Positions 1-10,236 of a stretch of DNA of 14,215 nucleotides are shown here, one piece after another; positions within the stretch are counted from its first letter, which is position 1, and every line of letters starts with the position of its first letter. The position numbers were made by a program, and so were the translations under genes. The notes under the pieces were generated by a model. That model ran no database searches. It had not been told where the DNA came from and saw nothing but the letters and a program-made list of their open reading frames with translations. The DNA lies in NCBI GenBank assembly GCA_050293845.1, contig JBNKNM010000136.1, positions 1 to 14,215 on the forward strand, written 5' to 3'. Source of the stretch: Pseudobacteriovorax sp. Its GTDB lineage: Bacteria; Bdellovibrionota_B; Oligoflexia; Oligoflexales; Oligoflexaceae.

Positions 1-2350
1 GACCAATAATACCTACTTCATCGACTGTAAAACGCATCACTTTACCCGAAGAAGTCATAACCATAAGGTCATCATCTTTGGCTACTTGTAAAATACCCAC
101 TACGGGGCCATTACGATCAGTCACCTTGATGGTATAAATTCCTTTACCTGCTCTGGTTTGTATCCGGTAGTCTTCTATGGGTGTGCGCTTCCCAAAACCG
201 TTTTCACAAACGGAAAGAACAGGGTCGTTGTTATTGATTTGGGTCAGGCCGATCACCTTATCCTCAGCTTCGGAGAACTTGATTCCTGTAACCCCGCGTG
301 CCGAGCGTCCCATAGGTCGCAGATCTGTAACGGGAAAGCGGATGGCCTTACCTAATTTGGTTCCAATGAGAATGTGATCTTCATCTCTGACAATCACACA
401 CTTAACAAGACTGTCACCTTCATCTAACTTTAAGCCAATAATCCCACTGGAACGAAGTTTTTTATAGGACATTAAATCAGTACGCTTTACATAACCATTG
501 GCGGTGGCACTGACGATATAGCCTCCTTCAGAAAATTCCTTGACGGGAAGGACAGACACAATTTTTTCGCCTTCATTAAGACGAATGATATTGGCGAAGT
601 GAGTACCTCGTCCCGCTAGTGCTACTTCAGGAATCTTATAAACTTTGATTTCATAAACGCGACCAGAGTTTGTAAAACATAACAGCGACTGGTGGTTGGT
701 CGTGATAAAAATCTCCCTCACCATATCTTCACTTTTTGTTTTCATTCCTGCACGGCCTTTACCACCTCGCTTCTGTGCACGAATCTGATCACTAGGTGTA
801 CGCTTTACATATCCTTGATGGGTAATAGTAACAGCAACCTCTTCATCAGCAATGAGGCTTTCCATGGTGAGTTCGTCAGCATCCGAACTGATGATTTCCG
901 TCTTACGTTCATCACCAAATTCATCCTTAAGAAGGAAAAGTTCCTCCTTAATAATATCAGTCACCCTTTGCGGGGTTTCTAGGATATCCTTCAAATCTTT
1001 GATAATTTCCATGACTTGATTGTAATCAATAGCAATCTTATCTCGTTCAAGACCAGTCAATCTAGCTAATCTCATATCCAGTACGGCCTTGGCCTGAATT
1101 TCACTCAGACCAAACTTTTCGATCAATTGGTCCTGAGCAATCTTACTATCGGAAGCAGACCTGATCGTCTGGACGACATCATCAACATTTTCCACAGCCG
1201 TTTTCAGACCCAGTAAAATATGAGCTTTTTCTTCAGCTTTATTGAGGTTAAAGGCCGTTTTACGGATCGTAACCTCGCGCCGATGCTGATAAAACTGGTA
1301 AAGAACTTCTTTGACATTCAGTATTTTAGGTATACCGTTAACCAGGGCCACCATATTAACGCCGAATGTTGCTTGCAAAGGAGTTAATTTATAAAGATTG
1401 TTAAGAATAATTTCACCGGGCTCATTTTTTCGCAGCTCGATCACCACGCGAATATCTTCTTGTGCAGATTCATCTCGTAGGTCAGATATTCCCTCGATTT
1501 TTTTATTGCGGACAAGGTCGGCAATTTTCTCCAATAGCTTGGCTTTATTAACCTGGTAGGGTAACTCCGAAACAATGATTCTTTGCCGGCCATTCGATCC
1601 AGGCATATCTTCAACTTCAGCGCGGGCACGCATAACTACGGACCCTCTTCCTGTCATCAAAGCACTTATAATTCCGGAACGCCCATGAATGATTCCCCCT
1701 GTAGGGAAGTCGGGACCTTTGACAATTTCCAAAAGGTTTTCAATACTGGTTTGCGGCTCATCGATAATCTTGATGAGCGCATCGACGATCTCAGATAAAT
1801 TGTGAGGTGGAATATTGGTTGCCATCCCAACAGCAATACCACTCGCTCCATTCACGAGTAGCGAAGGAACCTTCGTAGGAAGTACCAAAGGTTCAAGTTC
1901 TTTATTGTCATAGTTCGGACCAAAATCAACCGTTTCTTTATCAATATCATTGAGGAGAAGATCCGATATCTTTTTTAATCGAACTTCCGTATAGCGCATC
2001 GCGGCTGGTGAATCGCCATCAATAGAACCAAAATTACCCTGGCCATCAACAAGGGGATAACGCATGGAAAATTCTTGAGCCATGCGTACTAATGCATCGT
2101 ACACAGCTCCATCACCGTGCGGATGAAAGCGACCAATAACTTCACCAACAATCCTTGCTGACTTCAAATAAGGTCTATTGTGAAAATTTTTAAGAAGGCT
2201 CATCGCAAATAGGATACGCCGATGAACAGGCTTCAATCCATCCCTAACATCGGGTAACGCTCTGGAAACGATAACCGACATGGAGTAATCTAAAAACGAG
2301 GATTTAAGCTCATCTTCTATGTGAATGGCTTGAATTTGAGTGTTTTCCAT
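1..2350 (-). CDS. gyrA: DNA gyrase subunit A (3' end truncated by window edge)
   Basis: Not in the ORF track (no stop in window); translated by hand from ATG at 2350: [47 protein letters not shown]. Contains [16 protein letters not shown] and AAMRYTE (catalytic Tyr120, codon 1991-1993). GyrA-box QKRGGKG at 755-775 distinguishes it from ParC. Starts 12 nt after the gyrB stop. Confidence 0.98.
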   Translation of the reverse strand, partial: MENTQIQAIHIEDELKSSFLDYSMSVIVSRALPDVRDGLKPVHRRILFAMSLLKNFHNRPYLKSARIVGEVIGRFHPHGDGAVYDALVRMAQEFSMRYPLVDGQGNFGSIDGDSPAAMRYTEVRLKKISDLLLNDIDKETVDFGPNYDNKELEPLVLPTKVPSLLVNGASGIAVGMATNIPPHNLSEIVDALIKIIDEPQTSIENLLEIVKGPDFPTGGIIHGRSGIISALMTGRGSVVMRARAEVEDMPGSNGRQRIIVSELPYQVNKAKLLEKIADLVRNKKIEGISDLRDESAQEDIRVVIELRKNEPGEIILNNLYKLTPLQATFGVNMVALVNGIPKILNVKEVLYQFYQHRREVTIRKTAFNLNKAEEKAHILLGLKTAVENVDDVVQTIRSASDSKIAQDQLIEKFGLSEIQAKAVLDMRLARLTGLERDKIAIDYNQVMEIIKDLKDILETPQRVTDIIKEELFLLKDEFGDERKTEIISSDADELTMESLIADEEVAVTITHQGYVKRTPSDQIRAQKRGGKGRAGMKTKSEDMVREIFITTNHQSLLCFTNSGRVYEIKVYKIPEVALAGRGTHFANIIRLNEGEKIVSVLPVKEFSEGGYIVSATANGYVKRTDLMSYKKLRSSGIIGLKLDEGDSLVKCVIVRDEDHILIGTKLGKAIRFPVTDLRPMGRSARGVTGIKFSEAEDKVIGLTQINNNDPVLSVCENGFGKRTPIEDYRIQTRAGKGIYTIKVTDRNGPVVGILQVAKDDDLMVMTSSGKVMRFTVDEVGIIG

Positions 2351-2362
2351 GGTTGCCTTACA

Positions 2363-4858
<2,496 letters not shown>

Positions 4859-4870
4859 CTACACCTCTGA

Positions 4871-5989
4871 CTAGCTTTCCCGTATGGGAACGAGTACATG
4901 CATGGAATGGCAAGAGGTTGGTTCATTTTTTGGAATGAGAACGATAGGGTCATCTTCGGAGTGAAAGTTCAAGGTTACCTCATCGCTTGATATCGTCGAA
5001 AAGACATCTGTTAAAAATTTGCCATTAATCGCCAACTCTCTGTTACCTTCCTGATAGTTGGACAGAGAAATACTTTCCTGGCTTTCTGAGCTCCCAACAG
5101 TTCTAGATTTTAAGGTAAGCGAGGAATTAGAAAAGCACAACTGTAAAGCACGAGTCTTATCGGATGCCAAGAGGACTCGCTTTGTAACGCTCTGGAAATA
5201 GGGCCTTGGAATGCTTACTGGCGTTAACTTTTTACGAGGTAATACACCTTGATATTTGGGGTACTTTACTGCTGATAACCGGACAAATATCTGGTAGTCA
5301 GGTACTTTTGCCACTAAAGTGGTTTGATCCTCAGATATGGAAAGTTTTACCGAGGGAAAACCCTCACTACACATCCTTTGCAACTCATTAAGAGCCCTCT
5401 TAGATAAACAGACTCCGGATGCTAAAAACCTCTCAGGAAGATCCATTTCCAGCTCAGAGTAGGATAAGCGATAACCATCCGTTCCCACCAAACGGACACG
5501 TGTATTGTCGGCTTTATGAAGGAAGCCAACCGCGCCATAGTTTCTAGGTGATTCATGAGCGACACAAAATTGTACCTGATCAATCATATAAGAAACTTTT
5601 TCACATGGCAACTCGGCAGTATTACTTGAATTGATCTGAGGAGGTTCCCTCCAGGACTTCGAGTCAATGCGTGGCAGTTTCATTTCAAACTCACCATGCT
5701 CACCAGCGGTTATAGTTAAAAAAGACCCTGATTGCTCTAAGACCACAGGACCATCAGGTAGCTGTCTGACAACGTCAGCGAACAACCTTGCAGGAACAGA
5801 AGCCTGTCCTTCACGCTCTACCAAGCATTCCATATTGCAGTAAATGACCAAAACACGATCGGCCACGGAAATAAATAGTCTGTCCCCAGTTGCTTTGAGG
5901 TCAATTTGTGCAAGGCTTCGTTCTGAAATAGCACCCTGTGATCTAGATGTCGCTGTGCTGAGCTGACTGTTACTGATGCTAATCTTCAT
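4871..5989 (-). CDS. dnaN: DNA polymerase III beta sliding clamp
   Basis: 372 aa, typical clamp length. G..SVPARLFADVVRQLP, RLVGTDGYRLS, YPKYQGVLP, INGKFLTDV and C-terminal VLVPIR. Located between dnaA and gyrB; GGAG RBS at 5996-5999. Confidence 0.95.
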   Translation of the reverse strand: MKISISNSQLSTATSRSQGAISERSLAQIDLKATGDRLFISVADRVLVIYCNMECLVEREGQASVPARLFADVVRQLPDGPVVLEQSGSFLTITAGEHGEFEMKLPRIDSKSWREPPQINSSNTAELPCEKVSYMIDQVQFCVAHESPRNYGAVGFLHKADNTRVRLVGTDGYRLSYSELEMDLPERFLASGVCLSKRALNELQRMCSEGFPSVKLSISEDQTTLVAKVPDYQIFVRLSAVKYPKYQGVLPRKKLTPVSIPRPYFQSVTKRVLLASDKTRALQLCFSNSSLTLKSRTVGSSESQESISLSNYQEGNRELAINGKFLTDVFSTISSDEVTLNFHSEDDPIVLIPKNEPTSCHSMHVLVPIRES

Positions 5990-6004
5990 GGGACGCTCCG
6001 GAGC

Positions 6005-6055
6005 TATTATTATATTTAAATATGATATTTATATTCTTAACAGTAGTAATAGTAG
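6005..6055. promoter_or_regulatory. DNA unwinding element: AT-rich tract (6005-6040) plus DnaA-trios (6038-6055)
   Basis: 6005-6040 has only 2 G/C in 36 nt. 6038-6055 reads TAA CAG TAG TAA TAG TAG, the 5'-TAG-3' (3'-GAT-5') trio pattern defined in Bacillus subtilis oriC. Confidence 0.85.
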
Positions 6056-6070
6056 TTTAACGGTCTTTTT

Positions 6071-6079
6071 TGGGGATAA
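6071..6079 (-). promoter_or_regulatory. DUE-proximal DnaA box
   Basis: TTATCCCCA on the minus strand (1 mismatch to TTATCCACA), pointing toward the trios, 15 nt away. Confidence 0.8.
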
Positions 6080-6123
6080 CTCTCCAAGTATCTTAATTTA
6101 CACCATAAATAGCCTTTTTCCCC

Positions 6124-6178
6124 TATGGATAACCTATGGATAAGTCGGGGGATAAGTTCGGGATAAAAATGTGGATAA
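6124..6178 (-). promoter_or_regulatory. Array of five DnaA boxes (minus orientation)
   Basis: TTATCCATA 6124-6132, TTATCCATA 6135-6143, TTATCCCCC 6147-6155, TTATCCCGA 6158-6166, TTATCCACA 6170-6178; start-to-start spacing 11, 12, 11, 12. Confidence 0.9.
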
Positions 6179-6192
6179 CTTTTTCTCTAAAT

Positions 6193-6235
6193 CTATCCAC
6201 AAGTTTATCCATAGGTTTTCAACAGCTTATCCACA
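6193..6235 (+). promoter_or_regulatory. Array of four DnaA boxes (plus orientation)
   Basis: CTATCCACA 6193-6201, TTATCCATA 6205-6213, TTTTCAACA 6216-6224, TTATCCACA 6227-6235; spacing 12, 11, 11. Confidence 0.9.
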
Positions 6236-6243
6236 GGTATTTC

Positions 6244-7707
6244 TCAATGAATTTGATCTAATTTTCTTTCAATAGACTCGATTTGAGTCCGCACATCCAA
6301 GTCTTTACTGCGCATTTTTTCTATCTTTTTTACAGCATGCATAACTGTCGTATGATCCTTTCCACCAAATTCTGAACCTATCTCTGGAAAGGAGGATTGA
6401 GTTCTAGATCGCGACAGAAACATTGCTATTTGGCGGGGAACTGAAAAAATTCTTTGCCGTTTCTTCGATTTTAAGTCTGTCACTCTAACTTTAAAATGTT
6501 CCGCTACTATCTTCTGGATAGACTCAATAGTTACCGTTTTGGTTTGAGTGTCACCCAAAACATCTTGAAGGATTTCAGAAGCAAGTTGAATATTGATATC
6601 TCGACCCTGAAGTGCCGCAAAGGCAGCAACTCTTCTTAAGGCACCCTCCAGAACCCTCACGTTGCCTTTGGCATGGTGAGCAATGTATTCGGCAACTTGA
6701 TTTGATAACAATACCCCCTGCTTTTCTGCTTTATTCATAAGAATAGCAACACGATGCTCGACATCAGGAGGTTGAATATCAGCAATAAGACCCCATTGGA
6801 AACGATTGCGCAGTCGGTCTTCAATGTCTGGGATATCTTGTGGAAAAATATCGGAAGTGACAACAATCTGTTTTTTGGATTCATACAGTGCGTTAAAGGT
6901 GTGAAAGAATTCCTCTTGAGTGCGCTCTTTTCCTGAAATAAATTGGATATCGTCTACTAGAAGTACATCACAATTACGGTATTTGCGGCGGAAATCCCAC
7001 ATCTTATTAAATCGCAAACAGTAAATCATTTCATTCATGAAGCGTTCACTGGTGATATAAGTGATAACAGAGTTTTCTTTTGTTTTTAAAACTTTATTGC
7101 CTACAGCATGGAGTAAATGAGTTTTACCCAGCCCGGTGCTTCCATAAAGAAACAGGGGATTGTAATGCTGTCCAGGAGCATCAGCTACAGCTAGACAGGA
7201 GGCATGGGCAAATTGGTTGCTGGGCCCATTTACAAAATTATTAAATGTATATTCGAGATTAAGTTGGGAGTGATGAGTTAATGCACGAGAAATAGGTGAG
7301 GGTGTTTCACCTGGTAATTCATTTGGCTTAGGGTGGTCGTCTGTTTGGTGCTGCAAAAGCTCATCAAGAGTATCGTTATGACCTCCGAAAACTTCTGATG
7401 CAGTAGTGTCGCTTCCCTCGATCTCAAAGCGAAGAAAAATCTCCAACCCTAAAGAGTTTTTACAATTATCAAACTGATCAATAAACCTGTCCAAAATTAC
7501 CTGATAGTAGTTCATAGAGGGAAGTGTGATGACTAGTTCATTATTGCTGGCCATTACACCCTGGAGAGGAGCTATCCATTCGTTGTAATCTGGAGCAGGG
7601 AGCATCGTCTTGAGTAAATTTTTTATAGAGTCCCAAGCATTAGTGTTCTGATCGCAAGTTGAAGCTTGTTTATGGTCATTATTTTCAGATGGAAAGAGCG
7701 TTTGCAT
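6244..7707 (-). CDS. dnaA: Chromosomal replication initiator protein DnaA
   Basis: YTFNNFVNGPSNQFA, YNPLFLYGSTGLGKTHL (Walker A), LLVDDIQF (Walker B), TQEEFFHTFN, and domain IV RQIAMFL and FGGKDHTTVMHA. ATG at 7707 chosen; an in-frame TTG at 7710 is the ORF-track start. Confidence 0.98.
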   Translation of the reverse strand: MQTLFPSENNDHKQASTCDQNTNAWDSIKNLLKTMLPAPDYNEWIAPLQGVMASNNELVITLPSMNYYQVILDRFIDQFDNCKNSLGLEIFLRFEIEGSDTTASEVFGGHNDTLDELLQHQTDDHPKPNELPGETPSPISRALTHHSQLNLEYTFNNFVNGPSNQFAHASCLAVADAPGQHYNPLFLYGSTGLGKTHLLHAVGNKVLKTKENSVITYITSERFMNEMIYCLRFNKMWDFRRKYRNCDVLLVDDIQFISGKERTQEEFFHTFNALYESKKQIVVTSDIFPQDIPDIEDRLRNRFQWGLIADIQPPDVEHRVAILMNKAEKQGVLLSNQVAEYIAHHAKGNVRVLEGALRRVAAFAALQGRDINIQLASEILQDVLGDTQTKTVTIESIQKIVAEHFKVRVTDLKSKKRQRIFSVPRQIAMFLSRSRTQSSFPEIGSEFGGKDHTTVMHAVKKIEKMRSKDLDVRTQIESIERKLDQIH

Positions 7708-7728
7708 CAATTATAATCCCGGGGTAAT

Positions 7729-7746
7729 ACCTCAGAGGTCTGAGGT
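7729..7746. repeat. 8-bp perfect inverted repeat upstream of dnaA
   Basis: ACCTCAGA-GG-TCTGAGGT, 21 nt upstream of the dnaA ATG. Function unknown. Confidence 0.6.
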
Positions 7747-7769
7747 CCGTGGTATGCTTCGAAACGGAA

Positions 7770-7799
7770 AAACTACCACAGAGTTACGGTGAGAATCAA
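7770..7799 (-). promoter_or_regulatory. Putative sigma70-type promoter for dnaA
   Basis: Minus strand TTGATT (7799-7794), 18-nt spacer, TAGTTT (7775-7770) preceded by an extended -10 TGn. Pattern match only. Confidence 0.35.
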
Positions 7800-7817
7800 G
7801 CTAAAAGAAAGTATAAT
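7789..7817 (+). promoter_or_regulatory. Putative sigma70-type promoter for the atpZ-I-B-E unit
   Basis: GTGAGA (7789-7794), 17-nt spacer, perfect TATAAT (7812-7817). Pattern match only, in AT-rich DNA. Confidence 0.4.
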
Positions 7818-7856
7818 TAGATTAATAAATTCAGTAATATATAGTGGTTTTTAGGT

Positions 7857-7874
7857 TGTGGATAATTGTCCATA
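7857..7874. promoter_or_regulatory. Back-to-back DnaA box pair between dnaA and the first atp gene
   Basis: TGTGGATAA 7857-7865 (perfect box, minus) immediately followed by TTGTCCATA 7866-7874 (2 mismatches, plus). Confidence 0.7.
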
Positions 7875-7890
7875 TGGGAGCAATTTTGTA

Positions 7891-8148
7891 GTGCGACAAA
7901 AGTATAGAGCATATGCTTTATTGGCAGGTGCGAATTTCGAAACGGTTATCTACATGATTGCAGCATGGCAGATTAGTAAGTGGCTCAACGAGAACTACAA
8001 AACTAATTTTGATTGGGCACTCGTTTGTTTTCTTTTAGCCTTGCTTCTCATAGCAAGATCTTGGTATGCCATATTTCGCATTTTGATCAGAGACCAGAGA
8101 AAAGAAAGCGGAGACAGAAATGACGCTGACCCTAAAGACAAATCTTAA
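7891..8148 (+). CDS. AtpZ-like (ATPase_gene1 family) small two-helix membrane protein
   Basis: Two hydrophobic segments joined by ISKWLNENYKTNFDW, resembling the family's G..LD...T.PW loop. First gene upstream of atpI-atpB-atpE. GTG at 7891 preferred because GGGAG lies at 7876-7880; the ORF-track GTG at 7858 lies inside a DnaA box. Confidence 0.7.
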   Translation: MRQKYRAYALLAGANFETVIYMIAAWQISKWLNENYKTNFDWALVCFLLALLLIARSWYAIFRILIRDQRKESGDRNDADPKDKS

Positions 8149-8512
8149 GGCCATCTTATTAGTTGGTGCTGCTTTGCTAGCGGTTTCTAGTCAATTTACG
8201 GGTATCACTCAGACGGTAGCCATTTTATTAGGTCACTTTGCTTTCAGCTTAAATATGCTTATAATCACCTGGTTAGCTAAGATTGCTACTGAGGGTGCCG
8301 CAGGTCAAGGTTCAGTCAAGAGAAGACCTGGCCTGATTCTGTTGCTGGGTGGTTTAAAATTCTCAGCGTTGATTGGAATATTGTTTGCCTCTATCGTATG
8401 GTTTCAGATGCACCCCCTTTTTATAGGTGGTGGTGCATTGATAGGGTTGATTACTTTTCTTTGGCTTTTTATCGTCCGCTATCTTAAAGATATGACGTCA
8501 ACTGGTCATTAA
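8120..8512 (+). CDS. atpI: ATP synthase accessory protein I (AtpI/UncI-like)
   Basis: 130 aa with about four hydrophobic helices and an LKF segment in helix 3. GGAG RBS at 8110-8113; overlaps the upstream gene; directly precedes atpB. Call rests on size, hydropathy and position. Confidence 0.75.
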   Translation: MTLTLKTNLKAILLVGAALLAVSSQFTGITQTVAILLGHFAFSLNMLIITWLAKIATEGAAGQGSVKRRPGLILLLGGLKFSALIGILFASIVWFQMHPLFIGGGALIGLITFLWLFIVRYLKDMTSTGH

Positions 8513-8616
8513 AGACTATTCTGGGTATAAAGTTTTTTCTGTTAATTGTTGGCAAAATCAGATAGTAAGTACATCCATTTTGATTTTACTTCTCCCTATT
8601 ATAGGAAGCATTTCAG

Positions 8617-9420
8617 ATGAAAGCATTTCGGTTTACTTTGTCACAACTAGCTATAATGTTTGGATTTATTATTACCGAAACGGCTCAGGCTGCTAGTGGC
8701 GGAGCAACCTTTATTAGCTATTATCATATGATACTCAGTAGTATAGGTCTTGATCACCATATGATCGAAGATTGGAAGCCTGTTGTGGGTGCCGTACTTA
8801 CACTTTTCGTTACTATTATTGTCGGCTTACGGTATAGAGCAGCCGTTCTGAGCTCAGGAGATGACGTAACTCCAGTATCTGGTTTTAGTGTCCGCAGTGT
8901 CATGGAAACTATTTTGGATCTGGTTCACAATTTGAGTAAAAGTATCATTGGGGAAAAGGAGTCACGCCCCTATATTAGCGTTTTATGTGGGCTTTTTCTT
9001 TTTATTCTATTTAGCAACCTGAGTGGATTGGTTCCTGGATTAACACCAGCAACAGAAAGTTTAAGTACTAATCTAATGTTGGGGTTATATGTGTTTGTGG
9101 TGTTTAACGTTGCAGGTGTCAAAGAACACGGGTTTTTCGGTTATATGAAGACTTTTGCTGGACCTATTGTACTCATGGCTCCCTTCATTTTTGGTATTGA
9201 AATGATCGGGGCTTTTGCGCGACCGGTTTCTTTGGCTTTGCGGCTATATGGCAATATATTTGGTGACCATTTAGTTTTATCGGTGTTTACAGGGTTAACA
9301 TACGTAGTGTTACCATCTTTCTTATTATTCTTCGGATTATTGGTTGCTTGCTTGCAGAGTTTTGTATTTACATTGCTAAGTAGTATTTACATTTCTCTAG
9401 CTATTTCGCATGACCATTAA
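8617..9420 (+). CDS. atpB: F0F1 ATP synthase subunit a
   Basis: FLFILFSNLSGLVPG, RPVSLALRLYGNIFGDH (essential Arg, E. coli aR210 equivalent) and LQSFVFTLLSSIYI. AGGAAG RBS upstream. Confidence 0.97.
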   Translation: MKAFRFTLSQLAIMFGFIITETAQAASGGATFISYYHMILSSIGLDHHMIEDWKPVVGAVLTLFVTIIVGLRYRAAVLSSGDDVTPVSGFSVRSVMETILDLVHNLSKSIIGEKESRPYISVLCGLFLFILFSNLSGLVPGLTPATESLSTNLMLGLYVFVVFNVAGVKEHGFFGYMKTFAGPIVLMAPFIFGIEMIGAFARPVSLALRLYGNIFGDHLVLSVFTGLTYVVLPSFLLFFGLLVACLQSFVFTLLSSIYISLAISHDH

Positions 9421-9457
9421 TAAACCATAGGTTTTCCTTTATAGCGGGGTAAAATTA

Positions 9458-9763
9458 ATGAAGCGTAGACTAGGTAATTTTTTAGCAGTTTTAGGTGGAC
9501 TTTTAGTAAGCTCTTTTGCTTTTGCGAGTGAAGGTGGTGATACTTCTGGTTTGGTGGCTGTTGGCTCAAGTTTGGCAATTGGCCTTGCTGCTTTGGGTGG
9601 TACGTTAGGTCAAGGTAGAGCGGCGGATGCAGCTCTTTCAGGGATTGCTCGTAATCCAACTTCAGCAGATAAAGTGTTTACACCAATGATTATTGCCCTA
9701 GCTCTTATCGAGTTCCAGGCAATCATGGGGTTTATCATTGGCTTCTTGTGGTACAGCAAGTAA
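9458..9763 (+). CDS. atpE: F0F1 ATP synthase subunit c
   Basis: GLAALGGTLGQG glycine-rich helix, ARNP loop and LALIE with the ion-binding Glu85 (9710-9712). N-terminal leader of about 23 aa. Confidence 0.97.
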   Translation: MKRRLGNFLAVLGGLLVSSFAFASEGGDTSGLVAVGSSLAIGLAALGGTLGQGRAADAALSGIARNPTSADKVFTPMIIALALIEFQAIMGFIIGFLWYSK

Positions 9764-9765
9764 TT

Positions 9766-9790
9766 AATGGCGTGAGATTCACGCCATTTT
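9766..9790 (+). terminator. Intrinsic terminator after atpE
   Basis: AATGGCGTGA-GAT-TCACGCCATT perfect 10-bp stem starting 2 nt after the stop codon, ending in TTTT followed by a pyrimidine run. Confidence 0.8.
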
Positions 9791-9847
9791 CTCCTTCCTA
9801 TGTTCACTTATGCAATCCTAGAACATTTTTCGTAGGTATTTTCTACT

Positions 9848-9863
9848 AGTTTCACGTGGAACT
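9848..9863. promoter_or_regulatory. parS: parS site 1
   Basis: AGTTTCACGTGGAACT versus consensus TGTTTCACGTGAAACA. Confidence 0.85.
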
Positions 9864-10141
9864 GGCTTTTATGTGATAGCTTTTTGTTGCTAATTATTTG
9901 TCCTGCACTCTGTGCTGCTTCAGCATGAAATGTCGTCTATACTATCGAAAGTAGCTTCCCTTTATTCTTTCAGCGTATCTTAATGAAGACAATTCAGTAT
10001 ATGTGGGCATCCTGCGCGATCTAAAATTTCTTGAATAAATTTCCAAAGTAGATTTTTACTGATTACTAGTGCGATTTGAGATCAGTCAGGTCTTGGCTTG
10101 AAAACTTTTTTACCAAAAAATAGCAATTACTTCTTTAAACT

Positions 10142-10157
10142 TGTTTCACGTGGAACA
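10142..10157. promoter_or_regulatory. parS: parS site 2
   Basis: TGTTTCACGTGGAACA, one mismatch to consensus. Confidence 0.95.
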
Positions 10158-10236
10158 ACTCGAATTTTTACATATAAATTTTAAAGATAAATTGAAATCT
10201 GCTTTCAAAATATAGTTTGCTGAATATTTTTTCGTT

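Larger units (their letters stand above)
5990..6243. other. oriC: Chromosomal replication origin (oriC) in the dnaA-dnaN intergenic region
   Basis: 10 DnaA-box matches (two perfect TTATCCACA at 6170-6178 on - and 6227-6235 on +), a DnaA-trio run and an AT-rich tract. The dnaA-dnaN gap is a well-known oriC location. Confidence 0.95.

Noticed and set aside
158..1851. Short ORFs 158-355, 177-377, 692-982, 1441-1629, 1583-1798 and 1666-1851
   Set aside because: All lie antisense to or out of frame within gyrA, which the track missed because it has no stop in the window. None shows a recognisable motif.
6124..6235. GGATAA/TTATCC tandem repeats as a CRISPR array or plasmid iterons
   Set aside because: 9-bp units with 2-3-bp spacers matching the DnaA box, next to chromosomal dnaA; no cas or rep gene.
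8513..8616. Internal promoter or RBS-sequestering hairpin (CCTAT-T-ATAGG) before atpB
   Set aside because: No properly spaced -35/-10 pair found, and the stem is too short and AT-rich to support a call.
9417..9807. Minus-strand ORFs 9417-9659 and 9610-9807
   Set aside because: Antisense to atpE and its terminator; no homology cues.
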